Program-made: the position numbers and the translations under genes
Sequence record: NZ_CP092205.1
Reading direction: 5' to 3' (one strand)
DNA length: 64,000 nucleotides
Source: a plasmid
Notes under the pieces: generated by a model
The model's input: only the letters and a program-made list of their open reading frames with translations
What the model was told of the DNA's origin: nothing
The model's database searches: none
In this document: in pieces, positions 1-12,362 of the stretch
Numbering within the stretch: position 1 is the first letter of the stretch
Layout: the number at the start of each line of letters is the position of its first letter

Positions 1-72
1 GCGATACGAGTATTTTTGAACCTTCACAGATAAATAAAAAAGATACAGTCTTAAATACAAGACAGAGAGAAA

Positions 73-750
73 TTGAACGAGGAATGCATGAAAAGTCGAA
101 TACAAGATTATTTAAGAATCGGCCTATCTGCAAGACATAACCCAACTTCCCAAAAAGTATATTTCCCTTTGATTCACATTGTGGTCGAGGAAGTTTATTA
201 CGAGGAAAGTGCAATAAAATACTACGCAACGTGTTTGGAATATTCCCAGGGTTACGAAAGCGATGCGCCCCAAGAAGCGGTCGCAGGAATCATCAATCTT
301 ATGTTCGAATATTTTTTCACTTCGATCAAGAAATTAGGCTACGAATCTCTTTTTGATTGCGTTGAAGAGCCTGTAAATGAAGAACTCTGGGGAAAGGTAA
401 GGCGTTTCCTCGCTGAAAAATATTCCGAGAGTCTGAACTTTGTCCAAAAGTCTTTTGAGAACGCAAGCCGGGAGGAACTGGTTGAACTTGGAAAAAAAAT
501 CCAGGATCCTCTTTCGGTTGGGGAGTATATTTCGAAAGATGAGCATGATAAAATTTCGAGTGAAAAAGACAAAGAGTTAAAACGTAAAGATGAGTTAATC
601 AAAAAGATTCTGAGTATTTTAGAAGAGAGAGAAAAGAAAATCAAGGAATTAATTAAATCCAACAACGCTTTGAAAAATGGATTAGAGGGGCAACAAGAGT
701 GGGCTGAAGCCCGACCTAAGATACACAGCCTTTCCCTTCAAGGCGTTTAA
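73..750 (+). CDS. hypothetical protein with C-terminal coiled-coil (K/E-rich)
   Basis: 225-aa ORF; charged heptad-like C-terminus; no recognised catalytic motif. Confidence 0.45.
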   Translation: MNEECMKSRIQDYLRIGLSARHNPTSQKVYFPLIHIVVEEVYYEESAIKYYATCLEYSQGYESDAPQEAVAGIINLMFEYFFTSIKKLGYESLFDCVEEPVNEELWGKVRRFLAEKYSESLNFVQKSFENASREELVELGKKIQDPLSVGEYISKDEHDKISSEKDKELKRKDELIKKILSILEEREKKIKELIKSNNALKNGLEGQQEWAEARPKIHSLSLQGV

Positions 751-834
751 TTAGTTGAAGAAAATTTCATTTCAAAGTTTAAATAGCCTTCAGTGAATCC
801 TTGACAAAAACCAAATTTAATCTATTTTCGATAT

Positions 835-1059
835 ATGGATTATAAAAATAGATTAAGTGCCAATCCAAATGTTATGTTAGGGAAGCCGGTTATAAAAGGA
901 ACCCGGATTACTGTAGAACTTATCCTCGAAAGATTAGGAGAGGGATTGTCAATTGAAGAAATTCTAACCGCAACTCCTGGAATCGTTAGAGATGATATTT
1001 TGGCATGTCTATCTTACTCTAGCGAAGTTATATCACGAGAAAGTTTGCTTGCAAGTTAA
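835..1059 (+). CDS. DUF433-family antitoxin-like protein
   Basis: 74 aa; motif GKPVIKGTRITVELILERLGEGLSIEEIL typical of DUF433. Confidence 0.6.
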   Translation: MDYKNRLSANPNVMLGKPVIKGTRITVELILERLGEGLSIEEILTATPGIVRDDILACLSYSSEVISRESLLAS

Positions 1060-1411
1060 CATTCTTGCGGATGAAAACGTTGATTTTCGAATAATTCAAG
1101 AACTGAGAAATTCAGGGTATCATGTTAAATCTGTAATCGAAGACTATCGTGGTTATAGTGATTCAGAAGTTCTTAATGTTGCTAAAGAATTTAATTCAAT
1201 AGTCTTAACCTTAGACAAAGATTTTGGTGAATGGGTATTTGCTCATAATGCAAATCCACTTGGTATTATACTATTGCGTTATCATCCAAAAGATTTTTTA
1301 GAAATTACTAAAACACTTTTAAAACTTATCAATCAACACGGTTCTGATCTTATCGGAAAATTTGCGGTTTTAACAATTTCGAAAGTGAGAATCAGAGAAA
1401 TACATTTGTAG
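1046..1411 (+). CDS. DUF5615 (PIN-like) toxin-like partner of DUF433
   Basis: ILADENVDFRIIQELRNSGYHV...LTLDKDFG pattern; overlaps stop of DUF433 gene; start uncertain (TTG near 1046; ORF track opens at 992). Confidence 0.5.
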   Translation, partial: CLQVNILADENVDFRIIQELRNSGYHVKSVIEDYRGYSDSEVLNVAKEFNSIVLTLDKDFGEWVFAHNANPLGIILLRYHPKDFLEITKTLLKLINQHGSDLIGKFAVLTISKVRIREIHL

Positions 1412-1545
1412 CAATTCAACCCCGTCAATTGTAATTTATATTATGTCTCTTTAATATAATGACACAATTGTTTTAAAATAATTTGACTCCTATGACACAT
1501 TCGTTTTATTTTGCCAAAATTAAAATAATATGACGAGGGTGTGAA

Positions 1546-1758
1546 ATGAATATCAATAAAGCCTTAGATAAGCCATTCGAAACAAAGAAGCTTTTGGAGA
1601 TCGCAGATTCTCCAGTATCGGCATTACAGGGATTGAGCGAAGGCGATGCGGAATATCTCCAAAAAGCGTTTAACATAAAAACAGTTCGAGATTTAGCAAA
1701 TTTAAAATATGTTAAATGGGCTCAATCCATAGTTGCCTTGGCGGATTCAGAGCAGTAA
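1546..1758 (+). CDS. small hypothetical protein
   Basis: 70-aa ORF only. Confidence 0.3.
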   Translation: MNINKALDKPFETKKLLEIADSPVSALQGLSEGDAEYLQKAFNIKTVRDLANLKYVKWAQSIVALADSEQ

Positions 1759-2602
1759 AAAACGTATGGCAATACCTATAAAAGTTTTTGAAAGGATCTC
1801 TGCTGGTTTAAAGAAATTTCAACCAATCTTAAATTCGGCGAAAACAAGGGATGTAAATGAATCGGATACTGTAGTCGTGATTACAGATATGCTCTCGGAA
1901 GTTTTTGGTTATGACAAGTACTCAGAAATAACAACAGAACATGTGATCAAAAAAACATTCTGTGATTTGGCTATCAAGATCGATGGCAAGATTAAACTCT
2001 TGATGGAGATTAAGGCCATTGGCTTGGATTTAAAAGACGATCACATTAAGCAGGCTGTTGATTACGGTGCAAACGCTGGCATAGAGTGGGTTATCCTAAC
2101 CAATGGAATGAATTGGCAAATCTATAGAATAACGTTTTCCAAGCCAATAGATAAGGAACTTGTATATGAGATTAATTTTTCTAATATCAACCCGAAGAAC
2201 GAAAATCATATCGAACCTATTTATTATCTTTGTAAAGAGGCGCTTGGAAAATCCCTTCTTGACGAGTATCATTCTCAAAAGCAAGCCTTAAGTAAATATT
2301 ATGTAGGTCAGATGATATTGACTGAAACGATCTTGGACGTTATAAAGAGAGAGTTAAAACGACTCACTCCGGGCGTTAAGATTGAGAATGAAGAAATCGA
2401 AGAAGTTTTAAGATCCGATATCATCAAAAGAGATGTATTGGAAGGGGATAAGGCTTTGGACGCTAAGAAAAAAATACAGAAGGCCGCCAACACCTATCTT
2501 AGAAGTTCTTCTCCAGTACCGAAAAAAGAAAACGTTGCATCAACAAATAATGAGTCTCAACTTGAAAAGGATCTCCCAGATCCCGAACCAGCCTCGACTT
2601 AA
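1733..2602 (+). CDS. HsdR-N-like restriction-endonuclease-fold (PD-(D/E)XK) domain protein
   Basis: Segment DLAIKIDGKIKLLMEIKAIGLDL...QAVDYGANAGIEWVILTNGMNWQIY matches HsdR N-terminal nuclease-like domain pattern (D..EVK..Q..Y..TNG..W); alternative start at 1766. Confidence 0.5.
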   Translation: MPWRIQSSKKRMAIPIKVFERISAGLKKFQPILNSAKTRDVNESDTVVVITDMLSEVFGYDKYSEITTEHVIKKTFCDLAIKIDGKIKLLMEIKAIGLDLKDDHIKQAVDYGANAGIEWVILTNGMNWQIYRITFSKPIDKELVYEINFSNINPKNENHIEPIYYLCKEALGKSLLDEYHSQKQALSKYYVGQMILTETILDVIKRELKRLTPGVKIENEEIEEVLRSDIIKRDVLEGDKALDAKKKIQKAANTYLRSSSPVPKKENVASTNNESQLEKDLPDPEPAST

Positions 2603-2702
2603 TTAATTTTGAAAAACGATTATCAAAGAAATTGGAGCAAATCGCCTGTGCTTTTTGCTTCAATCATTTTAGAATCGAATTCACATTTATCAGGAAAAAA
2701 TT

Positions 2703-3116
2703 ATGAAAGAAATCACGTTACTAACAGATGAAAAAAAGGTCTTTGAACTCGAAGCTGATTTTTGGAATAGAGGGAATAACCTAATACAAAGGGCTCTTGG
2801 AAATACTTTTAGAATTATCGCAAAGTTTTTTGGAACAAGAATACACGGAAAACTTATTATTACGAATTTAAGAGCTTTAGAGGTCAAAGAGACTATTCAA
2901 TGGTATTGCATTCCTACAAAAAGAGAAGTTAAACTTTTAACGAAAAATAGCATTAAAGAAATTGGGTATGAAATGGATAAAGTTTGTTTAGTTTTTTGTC
3001 CAACTTATTATTTATATTATGAGGCACATACACAATCAACTACCATCGCCGTTCAAAATGGATCTGACGAACAAATGTTAGATCTATTGGCAAAGTTTTA
3101 TAACGTTATTGAGTAG
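2703..3116 (+). CDS. hypothetical protein
   Basis: 137-aa ORF, no recognisable motif. Confidence 0.4.
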   Translation: MKEITLLTDEKKVFELEADFWNRGNNLIQRALGNTFRIIAKFFGTRIHGKLIITNLRALEVKETIQWYCIPTKREVKLLTKNSIKEIGYEMDKVCLVFCPTYYLYYEAHTQSTTIAVQNGSDEQMLDLLAKFYNVIE

Positions 3117-3170
3117 AAACAAGATCAGTGAATTATTCTAACAAGATGCGTTCACTGATAAATAAAGATA

Positions 3171-3602
3171 ATGATCACTACTATAGATAAAATAAGACTT
3201 TCTATTTTTCCGCTAATCATTTTACTTTTGAATGCAATATTTTTTTATACTATATTCATTTTTACGGATAATCTATTTTACAGATTACTTACTTGTTTTG
3301 TTTGTATTTACCCTATTCTGATTTCGGTTAGGTTATTTCGGACGTTACCTTTAAAAGTAAGATCGGTATTAATTCTTTTTCGAAAAAACAGATTAAGTAT
3401 CAAACCGGTTTCATTTGAAAATTATATGGTTGCCCCTTGTGGACGACAAGTAGTCAAAATCGTTCTTAATAAATTAAATCGAACTGAACAATATCCCATA
3501 TTAAGAAAAAAATTTCCTATAAGTATTTTTCTTAAGAAAAGACCACGAACACGTATCGTTTACTATAAAGATGGTGAACAAATTAATCTTTTGCAAAAAT
3601 AA
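3171..3602 (+). CDS. hypothetical membrane protein
   Basis: two N-terminal hydrophobic helices; basic C-terminal part. Confidence 0.35.
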   Translation: MITTIDKIRLSIFPLIILLLNAIFFYTIFIFTDNLFYRLLTCFVCIYPILISVRLFRTLPLKVRSVLILFRKNRLSIKPVSFENYMVAPCGRQVVKIVLNKLNRTEQYPILRKKFPISIFLKKRPRTRIVYYKDGEQINLLQK

Positions 3603-3788
3603 ATGAATCGATTAACAATTATTTCTGTAGCCGTATCTGATTATAATCATTTAAAAAAATTGAATGGCCCAACGTCCGATATTCAAAAATTAAAGTTTTT
3701 ATTAGAACCCATCTCAAAAACCAACAAATGATAAGTACAATTTATTTTTAAAGTTGTACACAATCGTAAAATAAAAATCACTGAAAGA

Positions 3789-4558
<770 letters not shown>

Positions 4559-4642
4559 GATGGGTTCTAGTAGAAAACCCGGAAACTGCAGTTTGCAATG
4601 CAGAAAATTATATTGAAATCATAAATCCACAATCAGGTGATA

Positions 4643-5637
<995 letters not shown>

Positions 5638-5860
5638 CAGAGTTTGGGCCTGAACTCCGAGAACCTTTTTCTAAAAAGATTAAAGGCTATTCTGGATTAT
5701 TTGAACTAAGAATTAAACAAGGTTCTAATATTTTTAGGTTATTTTACTTTTTTGAAAAGGAGCGGGTTGTTATAATAACTTCTGGTTTCGTGAAAAAAGA
5801 ACAAAAAACTGATAAAGATGAATTAGTTCGAGCGTTTAAATTAATGAAAACTTATAAAGG
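5638..5860 (+). pseudogene. 3' remnant of gp49/HigB-2-like (RelE/ParE superfamily) toxin gene truncated by IS630 insertion
   Basis: reads ...GLFELRIKQGSNIFRLFYFFEKERVVIITSGFVKKEQKTDKDELVRAFKLMKTYKGE*, typical C-terminus of phage gp49-like toxins; no N-terminus or start present. Confidence 0.45.
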
Positions 5861-5869
5861 AGAGTAGGT

Positions 5870-6169
5870 ATGAAACTTAAAACTAAAGATTTTAATTCAC
5901 TTTTGAATAAAGAACTAAAAAAGGAAGATTTTAAGAAAGAGTATGATGCCCTTTCTAATGAATTTACTCTTGCTAAAGAGATAATTAAACTTAGAAAAAA
6001 GAGAAACTTAACTCAGAAAGATTTAGCGGAAAAAATTGGCACTTCCCAACCTGCAATTGCAAGAATTGAATCTGGGAATTATAATAATTTATCTCTTTCT
6101 TTTATTAATCGCCTTGCCAAGGCACTAGATGCGGAAACTGTCATCCATTTAAAGAACAAGGGCGTTTAA
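5870..6169 (+). CDS. XRE-family HTH antitoxin (HigA-2-like), now orphaned
   Basis: LTQKDLAEKIGTSQPAIARIESGN HTH; immediately follows toxin remnant. Confidence 0.6.
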   Translation: MKLKTKDFNSLLNKELKKEDFKKEYDALSNEFTLAKEIIKLRKKRNLTQKDLAEKIGTSQPAIARIESGNYNNLSLSFINRLAKALDAETVIHLKNKGV

Positions 6170-6312
6170 ACTTGCTAGCCGCTTCAGTTTAATTACCGGA
6201 TATGTATGTGAGTCTTAGCGAGCGATCACAAGCCGAACGTCAAAGCAAATGTGGCTTTAGCCCGGAGCGAGGAAACGAAGTTAAGCGTAGTTCAATTACT
6301 TTGACCTAATCC

Positions 6313-6894
6313 TTACGATAAATTATCTTTGTTCGCGTCTTTCCATTCAGAAAATTCGTCTGGAAATTTTTTATAGTTTTTCCAAAACCAAATATCATTT
6401 GAATTATCTCGCCTTTCAAATTCATCAAGAGTTTCACCTAATCTGATCGATAATATATATTCTCGTGCACCGACGTTATCATTTAGATTCATCCTAAGTA
6501 AGTGTCTAAAAATGAAAAGAGATAAGACGTTCTCATTTTTTCCCCATAGTGTAACTGCTTTATTAAACAAAGTTCTTATTATATGACGATTCTCTAAGTA
6601 TCCCCACATTAATTCATCTGGCCAAGTGCCATTTTTATCTACCATAAGCCTTAATGCATTTCCAAAAGCGCGATCTAAAAGAGACGCTGCTTCTTCGTAT
6701 TTTCCAAGGTGAATAAATAATTCATAGAGAACTAGATATGAATCTAGAAAATCAGGGTCCTTCATTATTAATTTTCTAAGCTCCTTCTCTTTCCTCGAAT
6801 TGTCAAAACTGTCTAATTTTTCAATTAAATCATAATAAATACCTTGGACAGGCCGGTCAATATCGACGAATCTCTTAAATCCCTTTTTCGACAT
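6313..6894 (-). CDS. hypothetical protein
   Basis: 193-aa ORF, helical, no recognised motif. Confidence 0.45.
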   Translation of the reverse strand: MSKKGFKRFVDIDRPVQGIYYDLIEKLDSFDNSRKEKELRKLIMKDPDFLDSYLVLYELFIHLGKYEEAASLLDRAFGNALRLMVDKNGTWPDELMWGYLENRHIIRTLFNKAVTLWGKNENVLSLFIFRHLLRMNLNDNVGAREYILSIRLGETLDEFERRDNSNDIWFWKNYKKFPDEFSEWKDANKDNLS

Positions 6895-7358
6895 ATATGT
6901 AACTACTCCAAATCTGATTTTCTAACAATGGTAAAATAACCATAAAATGAACTTTTTGATTTAATGACATATTACTACTCGGACGCGTGAAAATGATACT
7001 CGAAAATAAGCGGTCGATTTTGCAAAAGTACAGCGGTTCTCAAAAATTAAGTCAAATCGGAAAAACCCGACTTTTTAAAAGAATATTCAAATATTCTAAT
7101 TTTAGAAATAAGTTTGTCATGGTATTCTATTCTTGCGTTCGAGTAATAACTGAAAGCGCAAATTGATCATGTGCTTCTCGCATATTTTTTGCATTTCCAG
7201 CCAATCCAGACAGTGAAGCTAACAGCAACCGATAATGGGTCATTTTTCTCTTTGCCATTCCGCTTTGATTTGTGAAGTTTTAGTAAACACGGGATTGATG
7301 CTCAAATTAACAGTATTCTATTTTACAGGGATCAGTAATAACAACCAAATATACCTTA

Positions 7359-7499
7359 GAGACCGTCTCAAAACCTTAAAAAGACACTTCTAAACGATCC
7401 GGCAAGTTTCTAAAAAAACGTGGGAGTTTTCACAGATTACATCGTATTGCCGGTTTTCTTGTCGTTTAAGATTGTAGTAGTTCCACATTTTGATGTTTT
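7359..7499. mobile_element. 141-bp MITE-like element with IS5-family-like terminal inverted repeats
   Basis: gagaccgtctcaaaac ... gttttgagacgggttc termini (same TIR family as IS at 43453-44317), flanked by TTA/TTA 3-bp direct repeats (7356-7358, 7500-7502); no ORF. Confidence 0.5.
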
Positions 7500-7533
7500 G
7501 AGACGGGTTCTTAGTCGCTTTGATACTAAAATT

Positions 7534-7935
7534 CTAAATAAAAACTGCAGGAGAAACATTAAATCTTTTAGACAAAACTTTGATTTGTCTTACATTTAAT
7601 TCCCTTTTACCATTTAAAATTTCCGATACAACGCCTTGGCTACCGAGTTCTTTCATATCTTTTTGAGATAACCCATGCTCTTCCATTAAAGATTTTAAAA
7701 TTTCAATTGGATCAGATTCAATCTCTATAAAGTGATCAAATTCATATGATTCAATGATATTTCCAATTGTTTCCATTAATGGAGCCAACGAATGCTTTTC
7801 GTTGTTACCTACCTCATCAATTAGATTATCTAATATTTCTACAAGTTTCTTATATTGCTTCTGAGTTCTCGGATATGAAATAACTTCTTTAATCTCAGAC
7901 CATACGTTTTTTACTTTTTCTAATTCAGCTATCAT
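7534..7935 (-). CDS. higA: HigA antitoxin (XRE HTH)
   Basis: 133 aa; C-terminal HTH LSQKDMKELGSQGVVSEILNGKRELNVRQI; 1-bp gap to upstream higB. Confidence 0.7.
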   Translation of the reverse strand: MIAELEKVKNVWSEIKEVISYPRTQKQYKKLVEILDNLIDEVGNNEKHSLAPLMETIGNIIESYEFDHFIEIESDPIEILKSLMEEHGLSQKDMKELGSQGVVSEILNGKRELNVRQIKVLSKRFNVSPAVFI

Positions 7936-7936
7936 T

Positions 7937-8224
7937 TCACACCTTCCATTTTTCTTTGTTATATTCAGAATGGGTTAGAATTTCTCTGATGTAAACTTTC
8001 TTCCTATTAAAGTGAATAGCAGCAATAAGCCTATAATTATTCCCAGATATATTAAAAACGAATAAATTTTGTACAATATCTGTTGAAGGAAAGACCTTTC
8101 TTAAATGAGGAAAATTATCAAAATCCGTTTTACTAAAGACTTTATACCATAATTCCAATGAAGATCTCGATTTTGGATATTGTTCAATAAATTCTGTAAT
8201 TTTTCGCTTACTTATTACATGCAC
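7937..8224 (-). CDS. higB: HigB toxin (RelE/ParE superfamily mRNA interferase)
   Basis: 95 aa; LELWYKVFSKTDFDNFPHLRKVFPSTDIVQNLFVFNISGNNYRLIAAIHF...YIREILTHSEY strongly HigB-like. Confidence 0.8.
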   Translation of the reverse strand: MHVISKRKITEFIEQYPKSRSSLELWYKVFSKTDFDNFPHLRKVFPSTDIVQNLFVFNISGNNYRLIAAIHFNRKKVYIREILTHSEYNKEKWKV

Positions 8225-8231
8225 AAAATAA

Positions 8232-8260
8232 ATTATATCTCATATTGAGATATTTTACAA
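8232..8260 (-). promoter_or_regulatory. sigma70-like promoter of higBA (-35 TTGTAA, 17-nt spacer, -10 TATAAT) with 19-bp palindromic operator
   Basis: minus-strand reads cTTGTAAaatatctcaatatgagaTATAATttattttgtgcATG; palindrome atatctcaatatgagatat (8235-8253) spans the spacer/-10. Confidence 0.5.
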
Positions 8261-8368
8261 GTTTATTTTTTCATCAGAAGAATTTTAAGAGACTACAGTT
8301 AACGAAAGAGGCTAAACGACATTGCGAGCGAAGCTTTTAGTTGGAAGTTTGCGCCATTACCATGGCAG

Positions 8369-8744
8369 TTATCGCGACGGATAAAGCCCCGGAATCGGGC
8401 CGCTAACTTGGCCTTCGGGTTTACCACCCCAGTATATCATTCCATGAACACGACGGACACACTCGTCAAGATCGTCCTGATTCGCCCAGTATTCTCCGAT
8501 TGTTCCGTGTTCGTTGTACCGTGAAATATTGAACCCTTCTTCAATGTCATTGTACCAAATGACATGTTCGCCAAAGATAAACGACCCAGAACTTGGAAGC
8601 TAAAACCGGGCTAGTCCGATGTTGCCAATGGGCGGGATAAACAACGATGAGCTCCCAGAGGTTCGCGAGATCACCACGTAGACGCGATTCACCTTCGCGG
8701 ATCTTTACGAAAAGGGAGTCGATGTTGATTGGTTTGAAGCTCAT
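8369..8744 (-). pseudogene. frameshifted hypothetical gene in a locally GC-richer segment
   Basis: N-part ORF 8547-8744 and C-part readable in another frame to stop at 8369 (...GEHVIWYNDIEEGF...GPIPGLYPSR*). Confidence 0.25.
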
Positions 8745-9022
8745 GCTGATCGGTGCCTTGCATCGCTATATAATGGCGCATAACTTGATTTTAACGAATT
8801 TCGCATAGCAATCCATATCTTACAAGATATATGAATGTCATTTATTTCTATCTAATTTAAAATACAATGTCTTTTAAACTCCGGAATAAATTGGTACCGG
8901 CGGGGAGGGGACCAAGTGTAAGCGAGGCGCAATGTGTATGTGAAGTTAGACGAAGTTCGCTGAATTCCTACGGGACGAAGTTGCCCAAATCCCAGATTGA
9001 AAAGAACGAACCCGAATTGACT

Positions 9023-9463
9023 TTAACACCGATTACCTCCTCGCCGTATTTTGAAAAAGATAGCCAAGCTGAACGCGATACATCGCGCAGAGGCACCCAG
9101 TGGAGGGTTGTCGGTCCGATTGATCCGAAAGCGGCATGAAGCTGGCCAATAGAAGTGATACTCAATGCTAGAAATAGTTTGTCGAGGAATGAAATGATGG
9201 GGTTTACTACGCCGCAGAATGTGAATTCCATCAGCATGTAATTCGACTGTCGTCTGAGAAGAGAACAGGAGGCGAACAGTCTCATAGAGTATGACTGATG
9301 CCGCAATCGGGGAAAAGAAAAAGATGACGACCAAGAGGGACCCCAGGTCGAAGAGAAATCCAAGCACACACAGCCAAGCAAAGGCGGCGATGTTAAATGC
9401 AACGCGTATCATTGTCGCCTTCCAACTGTTCTTCAACTCGGAGAATGAAAGTGAGCTTGTCAT
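9023..9463 (-). CDS. hypothetical membrane protein
   Basis: two predicted TM helices; several overlapping alternative ORFs in GC-richer DNA make the call weak. Confidence 0.3.
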   Translation of the reverse strand: MTSSLSFSELKNSWKATMIRVAFNIAAFAWLCVLGFLFDLGSLLVVIFFFSPIAASVILYETVRLLFSSQTTVELHADGIHILRRSKPHHFIPRQTISSIEYHFYWPASCRFRINRTDNPPLGASARCIAFSLAIFFKIRRGGNRC

Positions 9464-9831
9464 GGCTCAGGAACTTTAGAACATAGTTGAAAATTTACGT
9501 TATTCGAATTTGATGAAATTTTTCTAAATGTGCGCTTGACTGTTTTCCTTATATTTAAATCCGCCTCTTTTTTCATCCCTGCGACTTTTTCCCAACTCGG
9601 CATTTTTTTAATCGATCGTTTTCCGTTTTCAAATAACACTAAAAACAGAAAGCAGGTCCGCCCTGGGAAGACGGTACCCGCTTTTTAAATGAGGTTGCAC
9701 CACAGTTTAGAACTGAAGCCGATTTTTGTTTAGTAAATTTGTACTATTAAACGATAGGTCGAATTGGCAAATCTGTCAATCGAAGATTCTAACTGTGGCG
9801 CTCCTCAAAAATTTTAAGGAGGCCAATTTAA

Positions 9832-10133
9832 TGGCATTTGAAAACACAGGGATAATCCAATCCCTTCGGGATGACATTACACAAGAGTTTGGATTATATC
9901 AAAATCCAACTAGTAAAGAAATCCATTTCGTTAGAGTGACAAAAGACGCTTACGGGAAATACCATCCGACAGATTTTTGTTCGGTCTGTGAACGGATTCA
10001 GTTTGGTAGGACGGTTACTTTACTTCCAAGAGACTTCGAGAAAGGAAAAAAGGCTTTCGCCGAAGCCTATTTAAATTACGGAAGAAGACTTTGTTCTTGG
10101 TGCGGAGCGCGATTCTTATCTTCAATTCAATAA
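9832..10133 (+). CDS. small zinc-ribbon-like hypothetical protein
   Basis: AAGGAGG RBS at 9815-9821 before ATG 9832; CSVCE...CSWCG cysteine pairs. Confidence 0.4.
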
Positions 10134-10267
10134 GAATCTCAGAAGGGGGAATGTTATAGCTCTCCCTTCTGATTTGATCCAGTACAACAGGCCACTTCCG
10201 ATAATGTAGATTTGGTCTCATTAGTGAACATTTGTTCATAAACGTACCCATTCATCCTTTACACATC

Positions 10268-11592
<1,325 letters not shown>

Positions 11593-12140
11593 TTACCTTC
11601 ATAAACGTACCCATTCATCCTTTAGCGCATCGGTAACACTCTATACCGGAAACATGAGTTACACTTTATTCGTTGTAGTTGTACACAGGTGTTTCGTATT
11701 TCAATACTTTTCCTGTAAATAAATCTTACACAAACGCAATCGAATCTATGAATATGGGCCTGAGGAAAATTATCAAGAATCGAGATTCGTTGCCCAACGA
11801 TAAAGCCGCAGTCAAATTTTTATTTGGCTTTGAATAATATGTCCAAAAAATGGGCTATGCCCATTCAAGATTGGGATGACGAGCGATCCTTAGAGCGAGT
11901 CGCTGAGTTCAAGCGATGAATCAGTTTTCGATTCTTTTCGGAGAGTTACTGAGATTAGATTCGTTTTAAAGTATGTCATTTATACAATATTGCTGACACT
12001 TCAAAGATTGCGGGAACTCCTCTCACAATCTTTGAAAAAATCCGTCGCTATTTGCACTTATTTTTGTAATGAGCAAATTAAACGAAAGAACTTCGTCTAC
12101 AAAGAATACGGGCAATACCTGCCACTCTAATTACACGCGT

Positions 12141-12350
12141 CTATTTTTTACTTAGAATGTCTGAGTCTCGAAGATCTTGCTCCGTGAGGCCTGTGATTTC
12201 CAGGATAGTCTTTAGATCGATCCCTTTTTGAAGCATTTTACCGGCTGTTTCTAGTTTCCCTTTTTCAATACCCTTCTCGATACCCTGGCGCATCCCTTCA
12301 GAAATGAGCCTTTCCGCGGTTGTCATCGTCAATTCCTCATATTGTTCCAA
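12141..12350 (-). CDS. standalone duplicate of Rpn C-terminal domain (RpnS-like small protein)
   Basis: 69 aa, ~75% identical to the last ~75 aa of the upstream Rpn protein ([51 protein letters not shown]); lies in a diverged ~250-bp tandem repeat of the gene's 3' end. Confidence 0.55.
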   Translation of the reverse strand: MEQYEELTMTTAERLISEGMRQGIEKGIEKGKLETAGKMLQKGIDLKTILEITGLTEQDLRDSDILSKK

Positions 12351-12362
12351 TTTAGATCTGCT

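Noticed and set aside
6181-6300. Weak similarity between the intergenic stretches 6181-6300 and 8296-8345 (gagcgaag/cgagcgagg blocks)
   Set aside because: Only short imperfect matches; cannot be distinguished from chance.
8867-9402. Overlapping ORFs 8867-9139 (+) and 8968-9402 (-) in the GC-richer segment
   Set aside because: Mutually overlapping with 9023-9463; elevated GC generates long ORFs in several frames; no motifs.
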